A stretch of DNA of 64,000 nt from Eledone cirrhosa (GCA_964016885.1 OZ024740.1:189286001-189350000), one strand, 5' to 3'. Positions 13,263-27,095 are shown, numbered from the stretch's first letter. Notes: generated by a model not told the origin, from the letters alone. Translations and numbers: made by a program.

Positions 13263-16200
13263 CAACTATTGCAACTACTGCTATTGAAAATGAAATATTT
13301 GTTTTTCTTCACCTGATGCAAATATTTTGGAGGAAGTAGTAATGTTGCTACCTTTCTTCTACTAAGCAGAGTACATGAAGAAAACTATAGTTTTATTTGG
13401 CATTTGCAGCCTTACTGAGGCATTCAATTGTTTAGGTGTCTCTTTAAATAAGGATACATTGGTTTATGTGATTGTAGATAAACAGTACCTCTGGAAAATA
13501 AATAGGATGAGTTGGTCATGGTTGAAATGCCTCTTGATAACTGTTCTGCTCAATCAGAGGTGACTTGGGGCTAAACAAAAGCAACTTCTACTGAAACCCT
13601 CTCAACACCCCTAATTTTAGCTAGCAGATAACAGTGGTACTTTTAAATTATAATACTTATATTGAATAAAAGACTGGTAGAAAATTTATTGAATAATAAA
13701 ATCAAATGAAAAACCTTTGGTATTAAATAGTTTGAAGAAGTACTCAGCAGATGTTAGCATAATTTACCTAAGATTTATTATTTACAAATGCCATGTTTAG
13801 AAATTAGTTTATATTTCTTTAAACATTGAAACATTATTATATATTTTAAAGTTATATAAGTATACTAGTAAAGCTAGTCTATATAATAATGATGCTAGAA
13901 ATAATTGAAATCACAGATGAAAATCAATGAGACATGTCATGAAATATTGCATGTCTTATGAATTTATACTATGCATTCTTTGCCTTGTTCAGCAAGCATA
14001 TTTGGCAAATATACTGACACTTTAAACTCAGAATATAAACTAAATAATGATTTATAATTTAAGCACAACGTTATACATATTGAAGTAGGAATATAACCAA
14101 TTAATTAAATTTCAGTACTTGTATGGTACTTAATTTATTGATCTTGGAAAATTGGAATGTAAATTTGACCCTGCAAGGAAATAATCAAGGGAATTAAAGA
14201 GAGACAAAAAGTGACATAATGGGACATATATAGATAATGGTTTCTGATTTATGAACAATTTTCAGAGAGGGAAAAGTTGAGTAAACCAACCCCCAACGCT
14301 ATGGTATATTGGCAATATTGGTAATAATGCCAATCTACTGCCTATATCTAGATAATGAAAATCATTTAGTCTAACAGTCTGTTATCTCTGCCACTCCATT
14401 AAGCTGTATTTATTGAAATAATTGAAATAAACTGTTCCCTGAAACAATGGGATACTCACTTGAAATAGATTATTTCACTGAGAAAACCCCAACCACTAGC
14501 TACTAACAGATGTTCTTACTCTGCCACCTACAAGAGTGGATATTTAAACCTTTTCCTCATATTTAACTTACAAGCATTATATAACTTTCATTGAATTTAA
14601 TTAGATATGACACTTTTGACAAATATGGCTATGTGGTTAAGAAGTTTATTTGTCAAGTATATGGATTTAGGTAGCAATCCTACTGTGTGGAACATTAAGC
14701 ATTTTTCTTAGTTAAACCAAAGCCTTGTACATGAAATTATGACAGAAACTACGTGGAAACCAATTAGAGTAACCATATCTATTTTGGGATAGTAGACTTA
14801 ATGTCATCCATCATCCAATTTAACACAAACACCTGGCCCAACAGAGTCCATTATATGGCAAGAATTCTTGGTCTCTAATATGAAGATAACTTCCATTCTT
14901 CCTTCCATTAGTCAAGAAGTCTTTGGAAAAGGTGATGGGCACTGTAGCCCCTCATCTACCTAAATCATAAAAAATAAAAACGATGAAAACATTTTCGTAA
15001 AGATAAACTGAGCCTCAATCTCCTGCAGCTTTTGAAATAAAATTCTGGTAATTTAACCGGGTATTAGACCTCAAAACAATAATGCTTTGCTTTGGCTTTT
15101 AATCTTATTTATCTAGGGAAGGACTATTATCAGTTTTTAGTTATTTTAGCAACTTCAGAGGAATGAAACACAACATCAACCATGGCAAACTCTTAACTCA
15201 AAACAAAAATGATCTTAAGTAAATACTACACCCACAATCTACCAAATAGCTTGTTCTGTTAAAAAATAGCAATCAAATCTTCAAAAAATCATACACATAA
15301 TACACACCACATAGTATATATTTGATACTCTAACAATTCTGCCCATACACTGCCCTAGAATGGTAATTTATTTATCAATTCCAAAATGATGAAAGACAAA
15401 GTTGACTCAATGGTATTTGAATTCAGAGTGCAGAGAGCTAGATCAAATTTGACAAGGCGTTTTGCCTTATGCACTAACATTTCTCAACTCTTGTTAAAGT
15501 GTAACCTTTCTGTCATCAGCTTTCAAAACCTGAAATTAATAAAGTTAATTTAGTGGGACGTCAAGGTTATTATTATCTTGACTCATAGCAAATAAATGTA
15601 AATGAGGAATTGATATATTCTTTTAAAATGCTTTTCTTATCATTGTTAAAAATTATCATAATTACCATTGGTATTCTACAAATATCTTTAGTTATTGTAA
15701 ACATTACTTTTATTGAGTTGGATACTGTTGATATCACTTCCTTTCTCCCTTGCCCAATTCTGACAGATAATACAGCCCACCCATCCCCTTTAAGGTATAC
15801 CCCACCATTTCTCCATTGTTTATTGGTAATTTATCATTATGATTATTCATGTTATTGTTATTATAGTCATCAACATCATTGTCACCACCATCACCACCAT
15901 CATCATCAGTGGAGTGTCATCATTCATGCTGTTATGATTATTGATGGCTCTTATCAACTCTGCTATTAGCATCATCATTGTCATCATCATCATCATTTGT
16001 TTGTTTTTTTCTTATTAGTTATGGTGAGATTAGTTTTCTCGATAGACTTAATTATATATTTCGTCTTGTCTGTCTTCAGTCTTATCTTTGTGTTGTTGAG
16101 AATTCATTTTTGTAAATTGATGAATGATTTTATTAATATTAGTTGAACTGGAAAATGTGGGTGAAAAAAGCTGTACTAAAGAAAGTCTTTTATTTTCAAT

Positions 16201-17203
16201 TTAATAAGAATTTAACTTAAAATTAACAACAAAACAAAAATAATTTATCTACATATTTATTTTGCATTATCAATGCTTTACAACCTACCATATTTCTGTG
16301 TTGTGTGTGATAACTGCCATATTTTAATTTTGTTCTGTTGGCAGATCATTTTTTTTCTGAAAATGGTAGATATTCTCCATTCATTTATAGTTCTGAGTTT
16401 TATCATATATTTCTTAGAAATATTTCTCCTCTTGTTCTTCTTGTTTAGCCCCAAGTTAGCCCTAATCAAGCAGACCTATAGTGGGTAAAATGTGCTTTAT
16501 CCATAACCATCTGATCTATTTTTCTCTCCAACATAGTGTGGACTCCATTTCTAATAAATACTCTAAATATTTGATTAATAAGTTTCAGAAAGCTATTACA
16601 GTGCAGTAGAAATATATAAAGAGCAAAGGATGGCAAATAAAACAAAACAACGTAATATTTTACCCAGAATATTTCAACATGATATTTCAGATCTATTGCC
16701 CCCTTTTCAAATGTGAAATAAAAACGGTTCAAAACAAAAACGAACGATCGAGTCTACATGTCTGAAATATGCAAGCATGAGGCCCTTATAGTAACCAGTT
16801 CACTTTATGCATTTTTAATCTATTATTTATCTGTGGCTTTTTCTTGCTGATGATAGCGGTCTCTTTGCTTCTTAAATTTTGAACATTCCTTTCCATCACC
16901 TCTATACTAGTTCAAATAAAGTTTTAATAAATCTCCAATAAGATAATGTGAAACTGTCTGAAAGTGTTGGCATCATAAAGACCATCCTGATCTAAAGCAG
17001 CCTCGAAAACACCCATTGAGCCTATGCCAGCATGGAAAAGTAAATATAAAAATGAAGATAATAACATTGAAGCTACATTATCCAATTTGTCTTTCTTTCT
17101 TTAGCTGATAGGGTGAGATTTTAATAAGTTTTGCAATTATATAGCAAATCAAACAACTGTGTAGAGTTTTCAATGGTTTGATAGAGTTTTCCTGTTGGTT
17201 CTC

Positions 17204-17730
17204 TAGCACTCTCTAGACAAAGGGAAGTAGCTAGAGTTACTTCCCGTAGAATTTCTAGAATATTCCTTGAACTTCCGTTCCTGAGATTATAAAAGAAAGA
17301 GCAAAGGACAATCTCCCTCTCTTTCACCAACGGCTCTAGAACTGACCACACCAAGCACTTTTTCTAATCCTATCCTATACCTCAGGATTACACCACATCA
17401 TGGCACAAGGTACGTTTCACTACCAAAAATTGAAACACGACGAATACCTTGGAAAAGTGTATCAGTGACGATTTGCATTTATTGAAGTAGCTTCAATAAA
17501 TAGTGAAACGTACCTCGTGCCATGATGTAGTGTAATCCTGAGGTATAGCATAGGATTAGAAAAAGTTTAGCATCTGTGCTTGGTGTGGTCAGTTCTAGAG
17601 CCATTGGTGAAAGAGAGGGAGATTGTCCTTTGCTCTTTCTTTTATAATCTCAGGAATGGAAGTTCAAGGAATATTCTAGAAATTCTACAGGAAGTAACTC
17701 TAGCTACTTCCCTTTGTCTAGAGAGCGCTA
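17204..17730. repeat. Long near-perfect inverted repeat (foldback / MITE-like)
   Basis: Arm 17204-17422 is the reverse complement of 17501-17730 with a few substitutions and one ~11-nt indel; 78-nt spacer; TA at both outer ends. Confidence 0.95.
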
Positions 17731-19719
17731 CAGTTCATATATTTCTTTCCTGAAATGGTGAACATCTTAAATTAAATCCAAGTGTATGGTCTTGTTTCAG
17801 TTTCCATATCACTTTCGTTATGCTGCTATTGCTTCAGGAACAAGAATAAATGACAGAAAATTACTTTCCTTCTCTTTATGTTTGCATCCTCATGTTATTG
17901 GTTATTATATGCTTTTCATAGATTCAACATTAAAATATGTATTTATCTACTCTAAAATGATTTAGTCTATTAGGAAACCAATTTACATTATGAAGATAAT
18001 GGAGCTTCTGGTTGGGTTTGATGATATATATTCTAGCTTGCTCAAATAGTGGAACTACCTATTCATTGAATTAGTGTAAGTGGCTGAGTATTCCACAAAT
18101 ATGTGTAGCCCTAATGTAATCTAACAAAATCAAAATCAGCATGACAATATATGGATGATAAGGATTGACTTTTGGATTACACAGTTTATCCAATGAGCTT
18201 CCACTTAGTTTCTGTCTATCTAGTTTTACTCATGTATTGAGCCTGACTCAGTGCTGGACTTACCAAGAAGCTAAAAAGCTATAGCTCAAGGCCTTAGCAG
18301 GTGAACGTCTGGTCCTGATCTGAGTCATGACAATACTAGAGCACATTCTCCACAGATGCCTTGCAATAGGATTAAATCTTGGGTTCATGAAGCGAACTTG
18401 TGAAGTAAAATTCTTAATCATTTGGCCAGTTAATAATGTTAACATGAGCTCTGTGGATAAAATGTACCAAGTACCAGGTATATATTGCAGTTAATTCAGT
18501 CACATATGTGCTTACTCTTATCAGAATTAAACAAAATAAAAAAAAAGGCTTTTTGTTCAGTGAGAAAAAGAAACAGTGCTTTCTCCATTTATAGGGTGAT
18601 CTAAGAAAATGAGGATTTGTGCTTGAGAAAAGAAATCAATATTCTAATCCTTTCATCGTTTATATTATTTTTGTTAAAATATGCTACCACATGAAAGGAA
18701 TTATATATTACATCATGGAATAGCAGTGGCAAACCTAATGTATCAGGCAAATATATTAATGGCAAACCTTGATGTATTAGCATCTAGCAAAGCTGTTGTA
18801 TTACTGGTGGCAGTGGAGGTGATGTTGGTGGTGGTAGTGGTGGCGGTGGTTTGATATATTGAATTAATAATAAGAAAATATCCTGTTGAGCTATATAGGT
18901 AAACAGTTTTCTTTTTTTTTCTAATAAAAATAAAAAGCAACAAAAACAAAGATCGAAAGCTACATATAGAGGTATCATATGTATGTATGTATATATTATT
19001 AGGGAGAGGATGAAAAAGCTTGTATTGTCATGTATTGCTACTGAGAAATAATTACTAAGGTTTATACAAAATGGATTCGAAATATGAAAATGTGTTGTTT
19101 ATTGAAGAAAACATGGAAATATAATGCTTTATTAATGAATAAAGAAAACGAAGAGGGAGATAAAAAGGAGAAAACTGTGAATGTGTATAAGGAAAGTACA
19201 GTTCATTGCACATGGGAAAATATTCTGGATTACTTACAATAAAATACGCAAACTGTAAAACTGTTGGTACATATGATCTTTACTTACAACATTTCTCAAG
19301 TGGAAACAAAGAAAATTGGTACACTACCAACTGGAAAATATTTTACTAACAGCACGTATGGGAAGATACAAGAAATAAACATTTGTTGTTATGGCTCCCA
19401 CTTGCATAGGTTTAGCCAAACTTTTATGATGTTACATTACATAGAATGTTTTTTATATGTTTTAATGATAAAGATCCCAGTTATGTCATGTGATTATATT
19501 TCTAGTAGCAGGAGGTGAATTTTAAACACAGAATACATAGGGCCTAAGTAGAAGGGGTGAATTAACAGAGTCATTAGAATGTTGGATATATCATTATGGC
19601 ACCACTGCAATTCCACCAGGAGTTAGGGGACCATACTATACCATACCAAAAAGATATCACAAATGTCTTGACTATATTCATAGTAACTGGATGTGAAATT
19701 TCAACACATAATACACAGA

Positions 19720-19945
19720 GTTTAATCCTTGGACTGGGTTGTGTGTTCTTTTCTTGAGCACAACACTTAATTTCACATTGCTCCAGTATACTCAGCTGAA
19801 AATGAGTACTAGCAGAAGCTAGGGGTTTAATTCTATGCTGGACTGATTTCCTGTCCAGGGGGAATCATATATTTTCAGTCACTTTATACCATGGAAAGCA
19901 GGTTAAACACCAGCCTGATGTGCCTCTGGGCTTGATACAGACTAT
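19720..19945 (+). mobile_element. tRNA-derived SINE with CORE-like domain
   Basis: cttgagcaaacacttaatttcacattgctccagtatactcagctgaaaatgagtac...ggactgatttcctgtccagggg, shared with the 31060, 33888, 36475 and 60140 copies. Confidence 0.7.
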
Positions 19946-20548
19946 AGACTTTTTAGGTAGGATTTACACCCAGAATACACAAGGCCTAAGTAGAAATCAC
20001 AAATGTCATGTTTCTATATTTCTAGTGACAAGAGGTGAGATTTAAGCCCAGAATACACAGAGCCTAAGGAGATTTCGCAAGGAATCCTTTTGGATGTTCT
20101 AACAATTCTTCCAATCCAGCACACTGGACTGCTATTTTATTTATCACCCCTGAAAGGATGAATGGCAAAGATATGATTGGTGGCATAGAATTGATACACT
20201 GATGACTTTTGTCTCCTACATTTTCATTTTCTCCCTTTGCTCCTCTCTTCCTATCACTTCTCCTGGCCAACACACTTCTAGTAATTTATTCCTGTCCTTT
20301 GAAGTAAGATTTTATGCAACGTATGCTTGCATTCACATCTATTTCCATTTAGTCATTTTCCATCCAGTGCTGGATGGAGCCTCAACATATCATTATAGCT
20401 TATTCATATTTGCTCCTTTGGTGAGTTATAAGATTTGGTTATGAGTATCGCTGTGGAAATTTAACTCATAACATATATAACAGCATACACACACACACTA
20501 ACACATTATATATCAAGTTAAATCATGCAAAAACACATCCAGTATAAG

Positions 20549-21423
20549 AGCTGAAGTGGTCAGATGATGTTTCTGTGATCTTGTCTCATTCGTATCACTT
20601 CCTATCACTTCTGTGGGCCAACACAATTGCAGCTGCTGATTTCTGTCCTTTGAGGTAAATTTTACCCAACACTGTCATTGACAGCATTTTGTTGTTTTAA
20701 CAGCTTTTCTTGCATTGAGTTTCTCTCATTATTCTATGAATGCAAATACACTTACACTTCAACTCATTCTTTGAGAACACTTTCTTTACATTTTAATCAC
20801 AGCTATAGTAGCTTTCTATTTTTGATGGATACCATGGCCTAAGATTCGTTAGCTATTTCTTTCGTTCTTTCTTTTTCCCCTTCCCTTCTTCTTTTGTCTT
20901 TTTTCTCTCTCCCCCACTCTTCCCTTCTCCTTCTTGCTGCTTCTTTTCTTCTCTTTCCCCTTCTCCTACCCACCACTCTTGCTTGTCACTTCTGCTTGCT
21001 GTCACTTGGGCTTGTTGTCCTCTCAAGTGGTGACTTTGTGTCGAGAAGACGCCTACTACTTCTCTCTCTCTCCGATCTATCTGTCTATCTGTCTAATTTG
21101 TTAATTTTATTATGCAAACATCATACCAGCAGAAATATTTATTTTCTGTTGCATGAGCTGCCAATTTTATGTAGTACTCTGAAGTTAAATCTTGCAAAAC
21201 TACATCCGGTAATTAAGCTGAAGAGGTCAGATGATGTTTGTTTGATCTTGTCTCATTCATTTTATTTCTTTGCTCCCGTCTTCCTATCACTTCAGTGGGC
21301 CAATATACTTCAAGCTGCTGATTTCTGTCCTTTGAGGTAAATTTTACCCAATACCGTTATTGATAGCATTTTGTTGTTTTAACAACTTTTCTTGCATTGA
21401 ATTTCTCTCATTATTCTATGAAT
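20549..21423 (+). repeat. Local direct repeat of ~195-210 bp (20549-20741 and 21216-21423; partial third copy 20247-20310)
   Basis: agctgaag.ggtcagatgatgttt...gctgctgatttctgtcctttgaggtaaattttaccca...tttctctcattattctatgaat occurs twice. Confidence 0.9.
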
Positions 21424-21941
21424 ATATATATATATATATATATAAAGCAATTATTGACACACCTTGTACTAAACATTTTCCCCAATCTGTGTTTCTCATA
21501 TTCTAGTCTCTGACATTTAAGAATTCAAATGGAATATTAACTTTAGTACATTTATTTAGTAATTATTCACTGCCAATCTAGGAGTGCCTGAGGAATTTAC
21601 AAGCATTGCATTCCCCCTCCCATTCTCTAACCAATACAGACCCACCCTCGTAATAAAAACATTTGATCAAACATCAGGTAAACTAATATCTTTTTTTAGT
21701 AGCTACGTTTTTGCTATTGTTTTAATTATATTTGCTCCAAATTTAAATAAAAATCAACATTAAATTAGTAGGTGGAAACAGGAAAAACAAATGCAAATCC
21801 TTTCTTTGATTGATCTTGTATTTTTCTTTCAACACAACCACAACAGTGTTTGTGTATTCAGATAAAAGACTGACAAGTGAGGTGTGTAATTGCTTAAAAC
21901 CATCTCTAAAGTGTACAAATCACTTTAGCAATTTAACCAGA

Positions 21942-22017
<76 letters not shown>
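21942..22017. repeat. Compound (ACT)n(AAT)n microsatellite
   Basis: Directly visible. Confidence 0.97.
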
Positions 22018-22023
<6 letters not shown>

Positions 22024-23039
22024 TCAATAATGATAATAATATATTAGTTCACTAATTCTAAATGTCATTTTATTCAAGCATTATTGGTACTTTCATTCAT
22101 AGCTGAAATACTTTTGGAAGTGGGAGGGAAAAGAAACTCAGTTACATCACGCCCATATACATATATATTCACTTCAGTATTCTTTCACTATAAATATAAA
22201 TATTATGGCCTCTTTTATAAAAGGCTTCTATAAGCTGCAAAGTATTTCATGAAATATTATTTTCAAATAATAGTGGTTAGCTTCTAAATATAAAACTTGT
22301 TTGTACGTAAGTAAATAGATGTCTATTCAAACTTCACTACCAAATTTTATTTCTTTGAACTGTATAATAATTATTTCATATCATAAGAATTCACGATGTT
22401 CTTGTTCAACTGTAGTTTCCCTATTTGAAGTTAAGTTTTCTGTTCTATACATTTCATGCCTACCACAAATGACCTGCATAAAAAACACTAGTATATATTC
22501 CTCTCAGCTATGTAGATTGAGTTCAAGTATAATTAGGTATCCTACTTACAAATTCAAAGAATTATTTGAGCCAGTTGTGCTATATCATTCTGATTTTCTT
22601 ATTTGGGATTTTCAATTTGTATGGCAAACATTATGAAGAGAAGTTGTGTTTGTTTACCATTGGGTAACTCCATTTAGCAATGATTTGCAGAATTGCTTTC
22701 AAGAAAAGCAAAATTTCAACACTCTAGCTGATATCCTAAAATATTTAAAAAATATGCACAGTAGTATTTGCTTGCATAATCCTTTCATTACCATATTTCT
22801 AATGAAAAACACTGCTATCATTTTGAAACAATTTTAAAAATAAGGATTTGGAAGTATTTAGTAATATAACTATCTTTCTTATCATTAAACTGGTGGAACA
22901 CTTTCTTTTTTATAAATATAAACTCTTTAAACAAACAGTTTTGTATCACAGAACAGGTATCAGCTGGGAACTTCAATCATGAGTGAAAATTATTATCTTT
23001 GCTAATATTCTATCACTGGACTACAGTTACACTCACATA

Positions 23040-23370
23040 GGAACCAGTTATTATCTCAACAACATTATTCAAGACATTACAAACATGTAAATTTAGAATG
23101 TTTTATGAGAATCTTAGTGTTTCTGGCTCAAGATAAATATCCATGACAACCTCTTTAGTGCTGGTATCACAATAGAACACACCCAGTACACTATATAATG
23201 GAACCAGTTATTACCTCAACTGTACTACATTATTTAAGACTTTACATATAAATAAAATTAGAATGTTTGATGTGAATTTTAGTGCTTCTGACACAAAATA
23301 AATATCCAGGACATAACAAACTCTCTAGTACTGGTGTCACAATAGAACTCACAGAGTACAGTCTATAAAA
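23040..23370 (+). repeat. Diverged ~160-bp tandem duplication
   Basis: ggaaccagttatta.ctcaac...ttagaatgttt...ataaatatcca.gaca...ctggt.tcacaatagaac starts at both 23040 and 23200. Confidence 0.85.
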
Positions 23371-23897
23371 GTGGATGGTGTTAAAATGGGCATTGAGCTG
23401 TAGAAACGATGTCAAAAATTGGAACATGCAAGTAAGATGAGATCTTCCAGCTTGTGCAAGAAGGATGTGATGTCCAATAAGAACTAAGACAAACAATAAT
23501 CACTCATTCAATCAATGACAGCATGGAAAGTGGATGTAAAATGATGATGATGATGATGTATGTAGAGTATCATCAAGCACTTAAGTTGAAAATAGTATGG
23601 TTAGTCATTTTGCAAAGTATCCTATTCTATAGAAAAGCCATGAAATATTAATATTACAGTTAGACATTCTATTGTTTCTTAAAGAAATACATGTATATAA
23701 AAATAAATGTATTGCTTTGTTGTAAGGTATAACATTATCAAAATATTTTAAAGTGGTGGAAGGGTTGAGAGTGAACAATTTGAATATTACCTCAATGGTG
23801 TGTTATGGCTATATTTAGCTCTCATTGACTCAATCTATTTAACTGTAGATAGTTGCTATAAATATGCTAATTTCACAGATGAAAGTAGTGAAATATA

Positions 23898-23923
23898 GGT
23901 TTCTTATATAGGCACAAGGCCAG
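23898..23923 (-). mobile_element. 26-bp SINE 3' tip with an 18-bp target-site duplication
   Basis: Reverse complement ctggccttgtgcctatataagaaacc matches the SINE tail; TGAAAGTAGTGAAATATA at 23880-23897 and 23924-23941. Confidence 0.8.
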
Positions 23924-23972
23924 TGAAAGTAGTGAAATATAACCAGCTACTTTGGGTTGGAAATTGAGTTAA

Positions 23973-24154
23973 CCCTTTTGTGAGTGTTTTTCTACTGAAA
24001 TTACACTGACTTGCAGTTAACTAATATAAAACCTTGAGGGAGTTATAAAAATGATTAATTATTTCATTATGATGAAACATGTTAATTTAAATTTAAACCC
24101 TTTAAAATGAGTGGTCTTCTTTTATTAAACCAGAGCTGGTTGATATCAAAAAGG
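23973..24154. mobile_element. piggyBac-like MITE related to 425-775
   Basis: TTAA-CCCTTTTG ... TATCAAAAAGG-TTAA; internal tttcattat motif shared with 425-775. Confidence 0.6.
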
Positions 24155-25157
24155 TTAAATGAATCAGCACAGTTCATTACTGTAACCATTCAGAGAAGTG
24201 CTTAATTAATTTGTGCAGTAATGAGTTCTCGTTTTGCTATGGGACGATAGCAATGTGAATAGGGAACTAAAGTAATATATCTTCTTACTTCATTGACTAT
24301 TGAAGAGTCCTCACTACAAAATTGTATTTTTAAGCAGCTCTTAAATGTAATTATATTTCGAATGAATACACAACAAATTTGTTTTAAGAAGTTCAGAAAA
24401 TGTTAAGCATTTCAGCAATACTCATGAAATTATTTCTTTAAGAAAAATTTAAATAGCAGTATATGAGGACTTCCTAATGTATTATTTTAACCAAATCATA
24501 TTCATAAAATCATATACTGAAATAGTACTTCTTCAAATTAATTCCTTCAAAGATTCACAATTATAAAACAACTTCATCTAATTTGCATAATATATTTCTA
24601 GGTGTAAAATACTTCATTTTCCATATATTTTCTAATCATACATATATTGTTGACAATTTTTGTCTTCAATTTTTACTTCATATATTCATTTACATTTTAT
24701 TTTTCTGTCTTATTAATATGGGGAAAAAAGCAAAAGACAAAAAAAGCTTCCAAGTATTTAGGCATTTATGCATCATTCATAGGCTTATGGCATCAGAATT
24801 TATTAGCATTGGCGATTACTTTTTATATAGATATTTATTTATATATCACTTTGGTTTAACCAGATTAAAACAAACTAGACACCAGTTACTCTGTTTCTCA
24901 CAGCATGCTCTTGCTCTCTTCATCCATTTCCTCAGGCACTTTATCTGTAAATACACTTTCTTCTATTCACCCTATTACTCCCTCGCTGTGAATGAATGGA
25001 TATATTGTCAAGTAGTGAGGTTGTAGTAGAAGACTTTGCATAAAGTGCCACACAATGGGATAGAATCTGAAATCACATAGTTGTGAAGTGAATTGTGAAC
25101 TTAACCAAACAATTATGCCTGCATGCATGACACATCTAGACATGCACACCCACATGC

Positions 25158-25207
<50 letters not shown>

Positions 25208-25304
25208 GTATATATAAAGTGCACACCTGTTATATTTAAAATATATATGAGTTGTTTTATATATATATATATTTGCATTCACACACGCTTATATATATAT
25301 ACAA

Positions 25305-25585
25305 TTCTCAGACCGGGTGATGTGTTGTTTCCTTGAGCAAAACACTTTATTTCACATTGCTCCAGTTTACTCAGCTGTAGAAATGAGATGATAGGGACTG
25401 GGGTCCCTATCATTCCACTGCAAAGTGGTCGTGGAGGTGCCACGCCAAAAAAGCACCCAGCACTCACTGTAAATGTGATTGGTGTTAGGAAGAGCATCCA
25501 GCTGTAGAAATCAAGCCAGAATCAGTTCCCGTCCCACCCTTGCAAGCAGGGAAAAGCGGACGTAAAATGATGATGATGATGATGA
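25305..25585 (+). mobile_element. Mosaic SINE: CORE-like body, hairpin and RTE-derived tail
   Basis: ccttgagcaaaacactttatttcacattgctccag; hairpin 25388-25413; segment shared with the RTE 3' UTR at ~42550-42700; terminal cccacccttgcaagcagggaaaagcggacgtaaaa(TGA)n. Second copy at 55817-56036. Confidence 0.8.
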
Positions 25586-26019
25586 TATATATATATATAT
25601 TATACAATTCTATGTGTGTGTGTGAAAACACACACACATACTTACAGACACGACATATCCATATATAAAATTATAAATAATCACAAGGAGAAAAAAAAAA
25701 TGTTCTGACTATTGAATATTTTGTATGGTTCAATTTGGTTAATTTGTGTAAACTCTCTGGCTCCAATTCGACAATGAAATATGGCCAAACATCAACTAGA
25801 AAACAGCATTGCAAATGAGATATAAAATAGGTAGTCAGACAGAAGATAGACATCAGTATTCTTGTTTAATAAGTGTTTTATCTATGTCTCTTCATGAGTG
25901 TGTACGTATCTATGCATGTGTCTATGTTGTAGATATGTCAGGGTGGGCAAGTGGATGTAGAATATAAATAAAGTGAGAGAAAATAATGAGTGCAAGGGGA
26001 TGTTTATTTGCGCACATAT

Positions 26020-26081
26020 GCTTGTGTGTGTGTGTATATATATGTGTGTGTGTGTGTCTGTGTATATAATGTATATATATG

Positions 26082-26125
<44 letters not shown>

Positions 26126-26164
26126 GTGTGTGTGTATATGTATATATATGCAAGCATACACACA

Positions 26165-26234
<70 letters not shown>

Positions 26235-26316
26235 GCCTATAGTTCCCGTCCCACCCTTGCAAGCAGGGAAAAGTGGACGTAAAATGAAATGATGATGAAA
26301 TGATGATATATGTATG

Positions 26317-26370
<54 letters not shown>

Positions 26371-26411
26371 GCCTATATATATGTATGTATATATATATAT
26401 ATATATGTATG

Positions 26412-26450
<39 letters not shown>

Positions 26451-26480
26451 ATATATATAATGCCTATATATATATATATG

Positions 26481-26537
<57 letters not shown>

Positions 26538-26551
26538 CATACATATATATA
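26020..26551. repeat. (TA)n/(TG)n microsatellite block containing an RTE/SINE tail at ~26241-26305
   Basis: Directly visible; agttcccgtcccacccttgcaagcagggaaaagtggacgtaaaatg is embedded. Confidence 0.92.
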
Positions 26552-26859
26552 GGCATTGTATACATACTTACAATCCAGATGTACTTTGGCAACTCTTTAC
26601 TTTACGAATGACTCCTTGAGTCTGAAGAAGTAATAACAATAGACAAAATCAGAAACCATTTGTACTCCACCTCGGTTTTCTCTATCTCTCTCCTAATAAA
26701 TGCATCACAAAACTAGTTTCATTTCTTTATTTATTATATTTTTATTTCATTCGACACACACACACACACACACAAATTACTATTGTTGGAGGGATAATGG
26801 TCTCTAGCATCTGCCTGCTTTTGAGAGAAGATAGCACCAACATACTCACCATACACATC

Positions 26860-27020
26860 AACACCACCACCACCACAGCAACAACTACAACTACTACTAC
26901 AATTACCAACAACAATACCTCTGCCACTGCTGTCACCACCACCAGAATTACCCCCACATTACTACTACTACTAAAACTACCACCATCAACACCGCCACCA
27001 CCACCACTACTACTACTACC

Positions 27021-27087
<67 letters not shown>

Positions 27088-27095
27088 TTACTACT
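26860..27095. repeat. (CCA)n/(CTA)n trinucleotide repeats
   Basis: Directly visible; the source of the poly-T/P/L/V ORFs. Confidence 0.95.

Noticed and set aside
15610-15969. His-rich, Thr-rich or Ile-rich ORFs (also 21810, 26797, 33549)
   Set aside because: Produced by CAT/CAC/ACT trinucleotide repeats, with no splice or domain support.
17418-17505. CACTA...TAGTG as a mini CACTA element, and GTGACGA...GAAACGTA as a hammerhead, in the foldback centre
   Set aside because: CACTA and TAGTG are simply the inner ends of the longer palindrome, with no 3-bp TSD. The hammerhead-like reading lacks C3 and any stem I.
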